Part shown: in pieces, positions 50,793 to 60,916 of the stretch
How positions within the stretch are numbered: position 1 is the first letter of the stretch
How the letters are laid out: each line of letters begins with the position of its first letter
Assembly: GCA_029939575.1 (NCBI GenBank)
Contig: JAOZSR010000003.1
Coordinates: forward strand, 8,981-72,980
Length of the DNA: 64,000 nt
Reading direction: 5' to 3'
From: Fidelibacterota bacterium
GTDB lineage: Bacteria > Fidelibacterota > UBA2242 > JAOZSR01
Made by a program: the position numbers and the translations under genes
The notes under the pieces: generated by a model
What the model saw: the letters and a program-made list of their open reading frames with translations, nothing else
Told to the model about the DNA's origin: nothing
Databases searched by the model: none

Positions 50793-52973
50793 TTAATTTC
50801 TCCCACAGCACTTTTTGTACTTTTTTCCACTTCCACAGGGACATGGATCATTTCGTCCTATTTCATCAGAAGAGGAACCGGTAGTCTGGATTGGAGTTTG
50901 TTGCTTGCCTTGTTCATTTTCAATAAATTGCTGTTGATTATTATTTGCCTGTTCGGCTCTGTGTTTTTCCGCTGTTTCTCTCTGTTCTTTTTTCCAGTCA
51001 CTCGCCATTTGTTTAAATATTTCATCGGAGTATTCAAAAAATATTTTGTAAGCTTCACAAAAATGGCTGACATTATTATCCTGGGGATCGCGAATTCTGT
51101 CTTTGGTACAGCCACCTCTGCACAATTCCAGCCATTTACATGTTAAACATTCTTTTGGCAGGTCAGATTTAAGTTTGGCGAATTTGTCCTGCTTTTCGGA
51201 ATTTAACATATCGAGTAGATTGTCCTGCATCAGATTCCCCAGCTTCCATTCCGGTTCAACAAAGAAATCGCAGGAATAAACATTTCCATTATGTTCGGCA
51301 ACCAAATAAACACCACATTCTTCTTTTAGAAAACATTCAGGTGCATCAAAGCCGGCATATTTATGGAACAAAGCTTCAAAAAAACGAATCGAGATAGTAG
51401 GATGACCCGATTTAAAATCTTTTTGCCAAAGGTCAAAAAGTTTGCATAAATACTGTCCGAATTTCTTTGATGATACCGAGTAAGGAGCTGCTGTCGTTGA
51501 ATTTTTTTTATCAGTTTCTACAATTGGAATAAATTGCATGTATTTTATACCAAGTGCTTTATGAAAGTTATATATTTCTTCACAGTGGTCAACAGAATAG
51601 TCATTAACGACAGACAATGTGTTGACGGCAACATCTTTTTCAAGTAAGAGTTTGGCATTTTCATAGACTTTTTTCCAGGAACCCTGTCCTGCAATATTTT
51701 TGCGATAATGATCATGTATATGTTCAGGGCCATCAATTGATAAGCCAACCAAAAACTTGTTTTCTTTCAGGAATTCTGCCCATTCTGCATTTAAAAGAAT
51801 ACCATTTGTTTGTAAAGAATTACTTATTATCTGGTTATTGCTATATTTTTTTTGGAACTCAATCGCTTTCTTAAAAAAGTCCAGCCCCATTAAAGTAGGC
51901 TCTCCGCCTTGCCATCCAAAGGAGAAGTGTTTGGTACCCTGGGTGAGTGCCTGTTTTATCATCTCTTCTAAAACCTCTTCACTCATTCTATGTTTTTTGG
52001 CTCCAAACAATTTATTTTTTTCAAGATAAAAGCAGTATTCGCAAGCCAGATTACAATCCGGACCTGAGGGTTTTACCAGTAAAAAACTTAAAGGACGGAT
52101 TTGTTTGGGTGGATCATATTTTACCTGTGCTGTTTCTTTTAATTCATCAACAAATTTTTCAATTTGTTCTTCTTCTTTTTCCTTCTTTAGTTTTTCCAAC
52201 AACTTATCTTTTACCTGCTCGAAAGTTAATTGCCTGGAAGGTCTTTTATCATATAGTTTGGCGATATGAAAGCCGAATTCTGTTTGAAATATTTCACTGA
52301 TCTCATTTTTTTTTAGGTTAAATACAACATCTTCAAATCTCTGAACCATTTGACCGCGGGTAAAATATCCCAGGTCAAGACCATCTCCGGGACAATGGGA
52401 CTGCATATTTCCAACCTCTTCAAAACTTTTGCCGGAATTTAATAATTTTTTTGCTTCTTCGATTTCTTTTCTGGCTTGTTCCGCTGTAGTATTTGCATCT
52501 ATATGTTTTACAATATGTTTGGCTCTGATTTGTTCAGGAATCAAAAATTTTGATTGGTTTTGTTTATAATAATCTAATAATTCCTTGTGGCTCACTTCCG
52601 GTGTTTTTTTTCTCAATTCATTGATTAATCTGTCAACTTTTAGTTGAGTTTCTATTTGTTTTTTCATTTCTTCTTCACTGCTATTATTTGAGTCTAACAT
52701 TTCGAAGAATTCTTTCTCGTCTTTATAACTATCTTTAATTTCTTTGAAGGTTTTTTTAAGTTTTTTAGGATCAACCGGGCGTGAATCCTTTTTAGCAACT
52801 TGTTGAATTAATACTTTCTCAGTAACATTTTCTTTTGCCCAATCAAGAAGCTGTGATTGTTGCTCTTGTGGAGTTTGGTCCTGGAACATTTTCTGATACT
52901 CATTACGCATCATTTCTATTTCCTGGTTTATTATTTTGTCATCAATTTTTTCTTTATTCACAAATAAGGGCAT
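50793..52973 (-). CDS. Fusion protein: SurA-like N-domain and parvulin PPIase, an anaerobic sulfatase-maturating-enzyme-type radical SAM/SPASM core, and a C-terminal SEC-C zinc-binding motif
   Basis: Parvulin (IRAKHIV...SFEEVGNMQSHCPGDGLDLGYFTRGQMVQRFEDVVFNL...FQTEFGFHIAKL). Radical SAM CxxxCxxC (KPSGPDCNLACEYCFY). anSME hallmark NSLQTNGILLNAEWAEFLKENKFLVGLSIDGPEHIH. SPASM cysteines (CLTCKWLELCRGGCTKD). Terminal GRNDPCPCGSGKKYKKCCGRN. Confidence 0.7.
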   Translation of the reverse strand: MPLFVNKEKIDDKIINQEIEMMRNEYQKMFQDQTPQEQQSQLLDWAKENVTEKVLIQQVAKKDSRPVDPKKLKKTFKEIKDSYKDEKEFFEMLDSNNSSEEEMKKQIETQLKVDRLINELRKKTPEVSHKELLDYYKQNQSKFLIPEQIRAKHIVKHIDANTTAEQARKEIEEAKKLLNSGKSFEEVGNMQSHCPGDGLDLGYFTRGQMVQRFEDVVFNLKKNEISEIFQTEFGFHIAKLYDKRPSRQLTFEQVKDKLLEKLKKEKEEEQIEKFVDELKETAQVKYDPPKQIRPLSFLLVKPSGPDCNLACEYCFYLEKNKLFGAKKHRMSEEVLEEMIKQALTQGTKHFSFGWQGGEPTLMGLDFFKKAIEFQKKYSNNQIISNSLQTNGILLNAEWAEFLKENKFLVGLSIDGPEHIHDHYRKNIAGQGSWKKVYENAKLLLEKDVAVNTLSVVNDYSVDHCEEIYNFHKALGIKYMQFIPIVETDKKNSTTAAPYSVSSKKFGQYLCKLFDLWQKDFKSGHPTISIRFFEALFHKYAGFDAPECFLKEECGVYLVAEHNGNVYSCDFFVEPEWKLGNLMQDNLLDMLNSEKQDKFAKLKSDLPKECLTCKWLELCRGGCTKDRIRDPQDNNVSHFCEAYKIFFEYSDEIFKQMASDWKKEQRETAEKHRAEQANNNQQQFIENEQGKQQTPIQTTGSSSDEIGRNDPCPCGSGKKYKKCCGRN

Positions 52974-53064
52974 TTTTTCTCCTAAATAGAATTAAATCAA
53001 AGTTACCGGCATATTATGATAGGGGGTGAGGTGTTTTACTTTTACAAAGATTTTATTTTACTTA

Positions 53065-53436
53065 TTAATTTTGGAAATCATCTCGTATGAGAACCAGGAT
53101 TGAAGAATGAGGTACAATGATATATTTTTTCTCATCTATTTCAATTTCAATAGCGGCTTTCCGTAAAAAAATTGCGTAATCACCTTCATCAGCCTGCAAT
53201 GGAATATAATTAGGTTCCTCAATTTCCTGTTCCCATGGTTCAAGTTCAGAATCTTCATGGTAAGGCAACGCATATCCCGGACCGGTTTTAACAATGTATC
53301 CACCCTGAACACGTTCTTTTTCTTTTACTCCGGGTGGTAAATATAAACCGCCGGGGCTTTTTGTTTTATCCTCAACTGGATCGATTAGAACCCTATCTCC
53401 AATTAATATTATTTCACGACTTTCTTTCATAGCCAT
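53065..53436 (-). CDS. Divergent GroES/Cpn10-like protein with a ~25-aa acidic insertion, no adjacent groEL
   Basis: IILIGDRVLIDPVEDKTKSPGGLYLP...GGYIVKTGPG...GDYAIFLRKAAIEIEIDEKKYIIVPHSSILVLI follows the GroES pattern. An extra PYHEDSELEPWEQEIEEPNYIP segment is present. Confidence 0.45.
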   Translation of the reverse strand: MAMKESREIILIGDRVLIDPVEDKTKSPGGLYLPPGVKEKERVQGGYIVKTGPGYALPYHEDSELEPWEQEIEEPNYIPLQADEGDYAIFLRKAAIEIEIDEKKYIIVPHSSILVLIRDDFQN

Positions 53437-53523
53437 AAAATATAAGGATATTCTATCAATTTTGGCAATAAGATTTTTAAGTTTTAATAAGTATATAAAA
53501 AATCAGGATAGAACTATTTATTA

Positions 53524-54621
53524 CTAAAACTTCACACCAAGACTATAGCAGGTATTGGCTCCTAAAATACCTAAATCCCGATATGCAATGTCACAGGAAA
53601 TTTTGGCATTACGTATTAGATTCAGGGAAACTCCACCACCAAGAGTCAGACCAAATTCCGAGGATTCCATAAACAGGGCTTTGTAACCACCTCTAAGAAA
53701 GAATTTACCAAAAGCCGGCATATTGAGGGCGTATTCAGCACCAAGATTAATTGATTCGCTATTGTTATTGGGATGCAGGGCATCTATAGCCAAGTTAACT
53801 TCCTGATTGTTTAAAACCAGTGGTTTGACCGAAACACCTACCCGGAAGATTAAGGGTAATTCCCAGGAATTCAGTCTGAATTGTCCGGGAACATCCCGAT
53901 AATTCCCATTAATACCCGGATCAATATCGATCGGGTTCAGCAAATCAATTCCATCATATCTGAGTTTGGAACCATAATTGGAAACGCTCATTCCGATTTT
54001 CATTCCATCTTCCTGTTTTCCGGTAATAGAGAAAAAATTGGTTTTTATCAGTACACCAAAGTCAAAAGCTACTGCTGCTCCGGATACATGCCAGATTTGT
54101 GATGAAACATATTTTGCACTTGCACCAAAGGCAAACCATTCGGCAATTGCCCGGCTAAAACTAAGAGAAGCGGCAAGTTCATTGGCATCAAACATTTCGC
54201 CTGTTCCATTTTGCTGAGTAAGCGTATTTACTTCCATTTCACCGTAATTCATGTGTATCAGGTTAAATGCAATTGTACCCAGATTTGGAATTGGTATGCC
54301 AACAGCGGCAAAAGCGATATTAGCATCTACCAGCCAGGGTTGAGACATGAACATTGCTTCATTATTTTTCATAAATGCCAATCCTGCAGGATTCCAGTAA
54401 ACCGAAGATAAATCCTGGGCTAAACTAACATAAGCATCACCCATGGCAATACCGGCCGGACCATAACCAATTTCCAGGAAATTGGCTGTAGTTGTTCCAA
54501 CTCTATAGGGTTCTTTTGCTTCAGAATTCCTGACAAAACAAGTAAAAAGAAAAATAATTATTAAGATTCTGTTTAACATTAATAAAACCTCGTTGTTTTT
54601 ATATTTTATTATATTTTTCAT
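53524..54621 (-). CDS. FadL/PorV-like outer-membrane beta-barrel protein (T9SS-associated shuttle candidate)
   Basis: Signal peptide. GYGPAGIAMGDAYVSLAQDLSSVYWNPAGLA N-terminal signature shared by the FadL/PorV/UPF0164 families. Ends in the aromatic ...YSLGVKF. Confidence 0.5.
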   Translation of the reverse strand: MKNIIKYKNNEVLLMLNRILIIIFLFTCFVRNSEAKEPYRVGTTTANFLEIGYGPAGIAMGDAYVSLAQDLSSVYWNPAGLAFMKNNEAMFMSQPWLVDANIAFAAVGIPIPNLGTIAFNLIHMNYGEMEVNTLTQQNGTGEMFDANELAASLSFSRAIAEWFAFGASAKYVSSQIWHVSGAAVAFDFGVLIKTNFFSITGKQEDGMKIGMSVSNYGSKLRYDGIDLLNPIDIDPGINGNYRDVPGQFRLNSWELPLIFRVGVSVKPLVLNNQEVNLAIDALHPNNNSESINLGAEYALNMPAFGKFFLRGGYKALFMESSEFGLTLGGGVSLNLIRNAKISCDIAYRDLGILGANTCYSLGVKF

Positions 54622-54637
54622 GTTTATCGTTATTCCT

Positions 54638-57600
54638 TTATTTTACTATAGCGAATTTACCCATTTTTTCATCATTGGTCTGTTCAGATTTGATGTGATA
54701 GAAATAGACTCCGGCTGCAACATCCAGATTCTCTTTTGATTTCAAATCCCAGTGTACTATTCCATTATCAGCCATATTTTCAACAACAATTTTTTTAACC
54801 AGAATACCGCTTGCTGTGAAAATCTTGATTACACATTGGGCCGGGATATTGGTAAACATTATTCTGCGTCTTTGGTTTAAAAACATATTGGAAACTGCCG
54901 GTTCCATAAGGTTTGTAGCAATATAGGGATTTGGTACAACTCTGACATTTTCCAAATCATTGGCCAGGTTATCTTTATTAAGTGCTTGTTCCGGATTGAT
55001 TTTAAAAGTAATAGAGTCGGTAACATAAAAGGGACGTTCAAAGTTAACCTGATAAACATCTCCATCTTTTGGTAAATCAGACTCAATATCAACCATATTG
55101 AAATCAATAATAAATACTGTTCCTGCCCATTTGTCAGATTCTGTCAGGGCACCAACAAATATCCGATCTTCAATCATATCAAATTCATTATTATCATTAA
55201 GATCCTGGACCACCATATCCAGTTTCTCATATTCACCAAGAGAATCAACAAAGGTTTTGTTGATTACGTAAAAATTAAAATCCAGGTTCATAAGAATTCC
55301 ATCTAAACGGGATTTTCCGTTTTCATCTCGTATTCTACGGTCACTTGATTCAATACCAGTATATGCTGCCGGATTATCTGTGAAAACAATATTATATTCC
55401 CATGGAAAATATTTTGATTCTGCTGCAGTTGGAGTGATCGTAATTGGTGATTCTCCCTGTATCCAATCAGAATTTTCTTCATCATATTTTGCAATCATAA
55501 CCGGGCTGTTAATTCTTAAACGTAATCCATCAAAATTATCGGATATAATTTCTTTAAAATTATTCAAATAATAAAAATGAGAAGTGTCATTATAATTTAT
55601 ATTGTGTCCCGATGGATCTTCGGAATAAACCAGTGAGTTGTTGTCAGTAATATCATAAACATCATAGCCACTTGTGCTATATTTGATTCCCTTACTGTGT
55701 CCGGGAATTGTATTAATTGTGTCATTTTTAAATTTAATTTTGTAATAGTGATTGGTCTTCAGGGCATCATTTGATAATATTTCAGGAGTTACAGTACCTA
55801 TCCCAATCTTAATATCATCGTTGATCAATTCGACTTTCGGAGGCACATATCCGGCTGCATCCTGATGGGGTGAGGCTATTTGGACATTTTGACCGTAAAA
55901 ACGAACATTTTCATTTTCATCAAGTTCTAATACAATGTGATTTTCCGAAGGGCTGATTTTAATATCTTCTATTCCATAATCATAGGCTACCAGAGCATAA
56001 TAATAGGTCATTCCATTTTTGACTTCTGTATCAACATAGTGATGTACTATGCCTGATTCATTACCAAGATAATAGAGCATTCCATTAACATGTCCAAATT
56101 CCGCAAATCCACTGATTTCATCAATTTTATCACATTGGAAAAGTGGCTTAAGTGATGACTTGGTTCCGTAGCCATCTGTAATTACCTGGGGATCGGAAAA
56201 TTTCTTATCGGTAGCACGGAATAATTTATAACCTTCAAAATCATTAATATTCCCGATAAAAGGATCTCTTGTTAACCTATCTGAAACATCGTTCCATGTA
56301 AGTACAACCTTTCCATCGCCGGCTTTAGCAGTAAGAGTTGGCATTTTTGGTGGTTGGGCAAATCGGTAATCTTTTTCATAAATTACCTGGACAATACGTT
56401 TTTGTTCAAAAAGTGCTGGTGAGGAATGACTGGTGGAATTTAATCCGGCCAGGGGATCATAAGAGTGTAATTCAGACATTGAAATTCGTTCTTCTCTGCC
56501 CTGAAATAGCGGGAAAGGGCCGGATGCAAAAGTAAGGATTAAATTATTTAAAGCTCCGGAAAAATCCGGCAGAATCGGGTTTGATATTAAATGCCACATA
56601 GATTCATCACCACAAAACCAATTATGACATTGCCCATGATCGGGAATTGCAAAAAACTGGAAAGAGGTCAAACCAACCATATCAGATTCAGAAACATCAG
56701 TAGCATTAAAATTTGGTTCGCAACCAACTCCCTCCACATAATCCGGTTTATGGTTACATTCTCCTTCATCAGGGCCAAAATAATTTAACTCACCAGGTCC
56801 TACGCCATCTAATCCGACATCATCTCCGGCATTTTCACCAGGTTCATAAACACCACTTTCATTGGCATCATTCCCATCCATCCAATCCTGGTCTTCATCA
56901 GCATCCCAATGTTCATGTAATTCTTCTTCGCTTATTTTATAAAATTTCAAAAAGTCAGTCAAGTTGGTAATGCCGTCGGTGGGACCAATTTTTTCCATTG
57001 CCTCATTATCACGTTGTTCATCAATTAATCCATCCTGATCATTATCAATGCCATCATAGGGAATACCGGGACTTTCTAAATAGGCAAATCCCAGAGTTCC
57101 GGTTGGCCGGCCTCCAAATCCTATTCCATCTACATCCCAGCAATAGGCCATATCAATATAAGTGTCAAAATATCCTACATCATCAGCAGCATCTTCGCCT
57201 CCAAGCCAGGTATCAACCCAATAACCAAAAGCAACTTCCGGCAGATCATAATCAGAAATATTAGCAATAGAATATTCCCAAAAAATCGCATCCCTGGCTT
57301 GTGGATTGTTCCACTGAAAACCACGTTGGGATACTCTGGTTCCGATTCCACCCCAGGGTTTGCCATATTGGATGGACATATCCTCTTTTTTATCTCCAAT
57401 GTAGACTCCGGGTCTGGGGTAATATTTTGTTTCGTCTTCCTGACCTAAATATTCCTGATCATGGGCATCATTAACCACAAAATAAGTTTCGAGATCAGCA
57501 TATATTACTCCTCTGCCAAATCTTCCGTCCCATTCTCCAGGCCATTTTATCTGACGACCAGTAGAAGGCCAACCTGCTACAGGCCAACTGGATGAGCGGT

Positions 57601-58066
57601 TGCTCATTGCCGGATATTCACTATTCTCATTAAAATATCCATGAACAGGATAATAGCCCCATTCCACAGTACCGGAAGGATCTTTATCCATTTTTTGGCG
57701 GTAACTTGTCTGGCAATAATATAATGTGTCAACATTGGTGTCGTCTAGAAGATTAGCAAGATTATCTATGGGAATTGAATCGTTTTCAATATAAACCCGG
57801 GCTCCAACCAATAACCCAATACCATCAAGCATTCTGACTCCTTCATAAGTATTCGGCCAGTATGAAGCATCGGTTCTTGGCCAGTCAGATAATTCTGTTG
57901 TATTTCTGAAATAGATATGAACTCTGTTTCCTGTCATATATCCTTCACGTTCATCTTCAATATCACCGGCGCAATCATCCGGGCCTCGATATATTTTCCC
58001 CTGAGATAATAAACTATTTGAAATACTAAAAAGTAAAAATAAAATCAAGATTTTTGTTTTAAACAT
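54638..58066 (-). CDS. Large (1142 aa) T9SS-secreted protein with thrombospondin-type-3-like Ca-binding Asp-rich repeats
   Basis: Signal peptide. DxDxDG clusters (GIDNDQDGLIDEQRDNE, WDADEDQDWMDGNDANESG). T9SS C-terminal domain (VVPNPYIATN...GVYFYHIKSEQTNDEKMGKFAIVK). Confidence 0.7.
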   Translation of the reverse strand: MFKTKILILFLLFSISNSLLSQGKIYRGPDDCAGDIEDEREGYMTGNRVHIYFRNTTELSDWPRTDASYWPNTYEGVRMLDGIGLLVGARVYIENDSIPIDNLANLLDDTNVDTLYYCQTSYRQKMDKDPSGTVEWGYYPVHGYFNENSEYPAMSNRSSSWPVAGWPSTGRQIKWPGEWDGRFGRGVIYADLETYFVVNDAHDQEYLGQEDETKYYPRPGVYIGDKKEDMSIQYGKPWGGIGTRVSQRGFQWNNPQARDAIFWEYSIANISDYDLPEVAFGYWVDTWLGGEDAADDVGYFDTYIDMAYCWDVDGIGFGGRPTGTLGFAYLESPGIPYDGIDNDQDGLIDEQRDNEAMEKIGPTDGITNLTDFLKFYKISEEELHEHWDADEDQDWMDGNDANESGVYEPGENAGDDVGLDGVGPGELNYFGPDEGECNHKPDYVEGVGCEPNFNATDVSESDMVGLTSFQFFAIPDHGQCHNWFCGDESMWHLISNPILPDFSGALNNLILTFASGPFPLFQGREERISMSELHSYDPLAGLNSTSHSSPALFEQKRIVQVIYEKDYRFAQPPKMPTLTAKAGDGKVVLTWNDVSDRLTRDPFIGNINDFEGYKLFRATDKKFSDPQVITDGYGTKSSLKPLFQCDKIDEISGFAEFGHVNGMLYYLGNESGIVHHYVDTEVKNGMTYYYALVAYDYGIEDIKISPSENHIVLELDENENVRFYGQNVQIASPHQDAAGYVPPKVELINDDIKIGIGTVTPEILSNDALKTNHYYKIKFKNDTINTIPGHSKGIKYSTSGYDVYDITDNNSLVYSEDPSGHNINYNDTSHFYYLNNFKEIISDNFDGLRLRINSPVMIAKYDEENSDWIQGESPITITPTAAESKYFPWEYNIVFTDNPAAYTGIESSDRRIRDENGKSRLDGILMNLDFNFYVINKTFVDSLGEYEKLDMVVQDLNDNNEFDMIEDRIFVGALTESDKWAGTVFIIDFNMVDIESDLPKDGDVYQVNFERPFYVTDSITFKINPEQALNKDNLANDLENVRVVPNPYIATNLMEPAVSNMFLNQRRRIMFTNIPAQCVIKIFTASGILVKKIVVENMADNGIVHWDLKSKENLDVAAGVYFYHIKSEQTNDEKMGKFAIVK

Positions 58067-58100
58067 ATGATTAACCTCTTTTATAAAAAATTCAATAAAA

Positions 58101-60830
58101 TTAAAATTTTATTCCTAAACCAATTTTAATAAATCTTGGCTCGCTATACATAGATGGGTCATGAATAATGTCAGTGTATTCATTAAAATCACTGAAATGG
58201 CTGGCTATGTCACTGGGCTGAATTATTGCAGTATAAGCATGGCCGGTTTTGGAATCAACCCAGTTTTCATTTAAGCGATCCAAAAGATTATAAATTCTAT
58301 AATTCAACTGGATAGAAAATTTTTCTTTAGTAATTAGATTAAAATATCCGTTTAAATCCACAGAATAATTTGAATTCATATAATCATTATTCGGTAACAG
58401 GTTAATATTTGCTACACGGTACACAGAAAGTGGACTCCAGGTATAAGGAGTTCCGGAATTATAATATGCAGTTACAGTTAAACCGTATTTTTGTGTATTA
58501 TATCCGGCTGTAACGTTAAGAGTATGTCTCTGGTCCCAACTCATTGGAATTAGTGATGCAATTGGGTCTTTGCTGTCACCTGCCCGATTGAATGTTTGGG
58601 AAGGATTGTCTGCATTACCGCGAGTATATTGCAAAGTATAATTTATATTGGTTGAAAAAGACCCATATTGAAAATCATATTTCAATTCCAGACCTTTGAC
58701 ATTTCCATAATCTTTGTTAGTATAAAGTCCATATTCAATCTGGTTGAAGGTACTAATTATTTTTGTACTTAAAAGGTCATAGATATCACGATAAAATACT
58801 ACAATTTCCAGTCCCATTCCTTTTGTTAATTCCTGCCAGAGTCCAACTTCATATTGGATTGTTTGCTGGGCTTTCAATTGTGTATTTCCCATAGTAGTTT
58901 CATAATCTGTGGGACTTACCAATAAAGAATGGTTTTGAAACAGGGCATACATTGGAGGCATCTGGAAAAAATGTCCATAACTGAAATGCAAGACCGCCGC
59001 TTCGCCTAATTGGTAGGAAAGTCCGAGGCGGGGACTGATCTGGTATTGTGGTTTCGTTTCCAATGATTTGGACATTTTTTCCGGATTGTTATTGAATGAT
59101 AATTGGTTTGCAGGATTTCTTCTTTGGGAAGGATAAGTTGTATTTGGATCATAATAATCATAGCGTATTCCCAAATTGATTACCATCTGGTCAAATTCCA
59201 TTTTATCCTGTATATATGCTGAAAATTCTTTTGGCTTTACATTATAAACATCAGCATAAACTGTAGAATCACCGTAAATCTTTGGTTCATAATATGGAAA
59301 AACCATCACACTGTCCTCGGCATCGTAAAATGAGGCGTTCTCATTTTCCGGTCTGGTTAAATACCCGTTTTGGATTTCATGCCAGGCCTGATCAATTTCA
59401 TGCTCTGTAAATAAGATCCCGGTTTTAAATAAATGGCGATTATTTGACTGCCAGGTTAAATCAAATTTAATATTTTTATCTTTTACAGTTCGTTCTGTAT
59501 GTCCCTTTTCCTGCCCACCAGTAAAAAAACCCGGGCCATTGCTACTTAAATAGGCTTCATGAATATACCTGATATCTTCCGGGTCTTTAAATTTGTATGA
59601 GCCGTAATAATTATCAATTAATGAAATATTCAGATCATAGAACAGAGAATTGGAAATCATATGATTCATTGACATATTATACATGCCTGCTCTTTTAAAA
59701 TTCGTTGCTTTGCCATAGGGATTGTATTTAAATGCATGGTCATAGTCACCCCATTCTTCATCATTAAGTGTATACATAAATGATAGTCTGATATTACTTA
59801 TGAGATTAGATGAAATTTTTCCCATAAATGAGTTCATTTTGCTGAAACTGGTTGCCACATAACTACCGTCGCCAGTATGTTCAGAGTACCAATATTCGGG
59901 ATCACTTTGAGTAAAATTACTGTAATTATTAACCTTAAATCGGTTTATTGCGTTCAAGTATCCTTTATTATCCTGAACTCTTAGATTTGTCAGGAAAGTG
60001 ATTTTATCTTTCCAGATCGGACCGCTTAATTGAAATTTATAATCTTTTTTTCTATCTATTTCTCCTTTGTCCAATCCGATAAAAATATCATCATTGCCGG
60101 TAAAATAATTCCCGAAATTTGTTGAAAAATTACCATGAAATTCTTTACTACCACTTTTGGTTACCGCATTAACAACACCGCTCATTGCTCTTCCATATTC
60201 AGCATTGAAAGTACCGTTAATGACTTCAATTTCGTCGATAACATCGGTCTCTACATTTATCAGATTATTTTCTCCTCCAAAGGGCTCAACAACCTGTACT
60301 CCGTCAATCATAAAAGAGACTTCATTGGATCGGCCTCCCCGAAAATGACCATCTACAACACCTGCCTGAAGATTTACTACAGAATTGATATCTTCAACAG
60401 CTAACTGAGATATTTTTTCCGATGAAATATTGACAACGGAACTTGTTTGGTCTTTTTTCGACTGTATTTTTTTTGCCTCGACAATTACTGTTTGACCTTC
60501 AAGAATGGTTGGACTTAATTCCAACCGGACGTTTGCGGTTCTGTTTATTGAAACCCGTAGATCATTAACTTGATAATGTGCATATCCCATCATTTGAACA
60601 GAAAGATTATACACTCCGGGAGATACATTGATTATATAAAAAGTACCATCATGGTTTGTTGCCGCACCCATGGTAGTATTTTGAATAATTACATTTGCTC
60701 CCATTAATGGCTCCCCTGTATCTTTATCGATAACAGATCCTGCAATTTTACCCGTAGTTTGCGCAATTAGCAGTGAATTAGCTATGATGATTACAATAAC
60801 CAGGATTCTTAATTTTTTAATTAATTCCAT
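58101..60830 (-). CDS. TonB-dependent outer-membrane receptor with an N-terminal carboxypeptidase-regulatory-like domain (SusC/RagA-style architecture)
   Basis: GKIAGSVIDKDTGEPLMGANVIIQNTTMGAATNHDGTFYI (CarbopepD_reg_2). Plug (VNLQAGVV...FMIDGVQV). The 22-strand barrel ends ...KIGLGIKF. Confidence 0.75.
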   Translation of the reverse strand: MELIKKLRILVIVIIIANSLLIAQTTGKIAGSVIDKDTGEPLMGANVIIQNTTMGAATNHDGTFYIINVSPGVYNLSVQMMGYAHYQVNDLRVSINRTANVRLELSPTILEGQTVIVEAKKIQSKKDQTSSVVNISSEKISQLAVEDINSVVNLQAGVVDGHFRGGRSNEVSFMIDGVQVVEPFGGENNLINVETDVIDEIEVINGTFNAEYGRAMSGVVNAVTKSGSKEFHGNFSTNFGNYFTGNDDIFIGLDKGEIDRKKDYKFQLSGPIWKDKITFLTNLRVQDNKGYLNAINRFKVNNYSNFTQSDPEYWYSEHTGDGSYVATSFSKMNSFMGKISSNLISNIRLSFMYTLNDEEWGDYDHAFKYNPYGKATNFKRAGMYNMSMNHMISNSLFYDLNISLIDNYYGSYKFKDPEDIRYIHEAYLSSNGPGFFTGGQEKGHTERTVKDKNIKFDLTWQSNNRHLFKTGILFTEHEIDQAWHEIQNGYLTRPENENASFYDAEDSVMVFPYYEPKIYGDSTVYADVYNVKPKEFSAYIQDKMEFDQMVINLGIRYDYYDPNTTYPSQRRNPANQLSFNNNPEKMSKSLETKPQYQISPRLGLSYQLGEAAVLHFSYGHFFQMPPMYALFQNHSLLVSPTDYETTMGNTQLKAQQTIQYEVGLWQELTKGMGLEIVVFYRDIYDLLSTKIISTFNQIEYGLYTNKDYGNVKGLELKYDFQYGSFSTNINYTLQYTRGNADNPSQTFNRAGDSKDPIASLIPMSWDQRHTLNVTAGYNTQKYGLTVTAYYNSGTPYTWSPLSVYRVANINLLPNNDYMNSNYSVDLNGYFNLITKEKFSIQLNYRIYNLLDRLNENWVDSKTGHAYTAIIQPSDIASHFSDFNEYTDIIHDPSMYSEPRFIKIGLGIKF

Positions 60831-60916
60831 TTTTACTTTCCCAAATCTAATTAGATTTCCTATTTATATTATTCTCTATGCGTTAAACAAATATTTTATC
60901 AAACTGAAAGTTTTAG

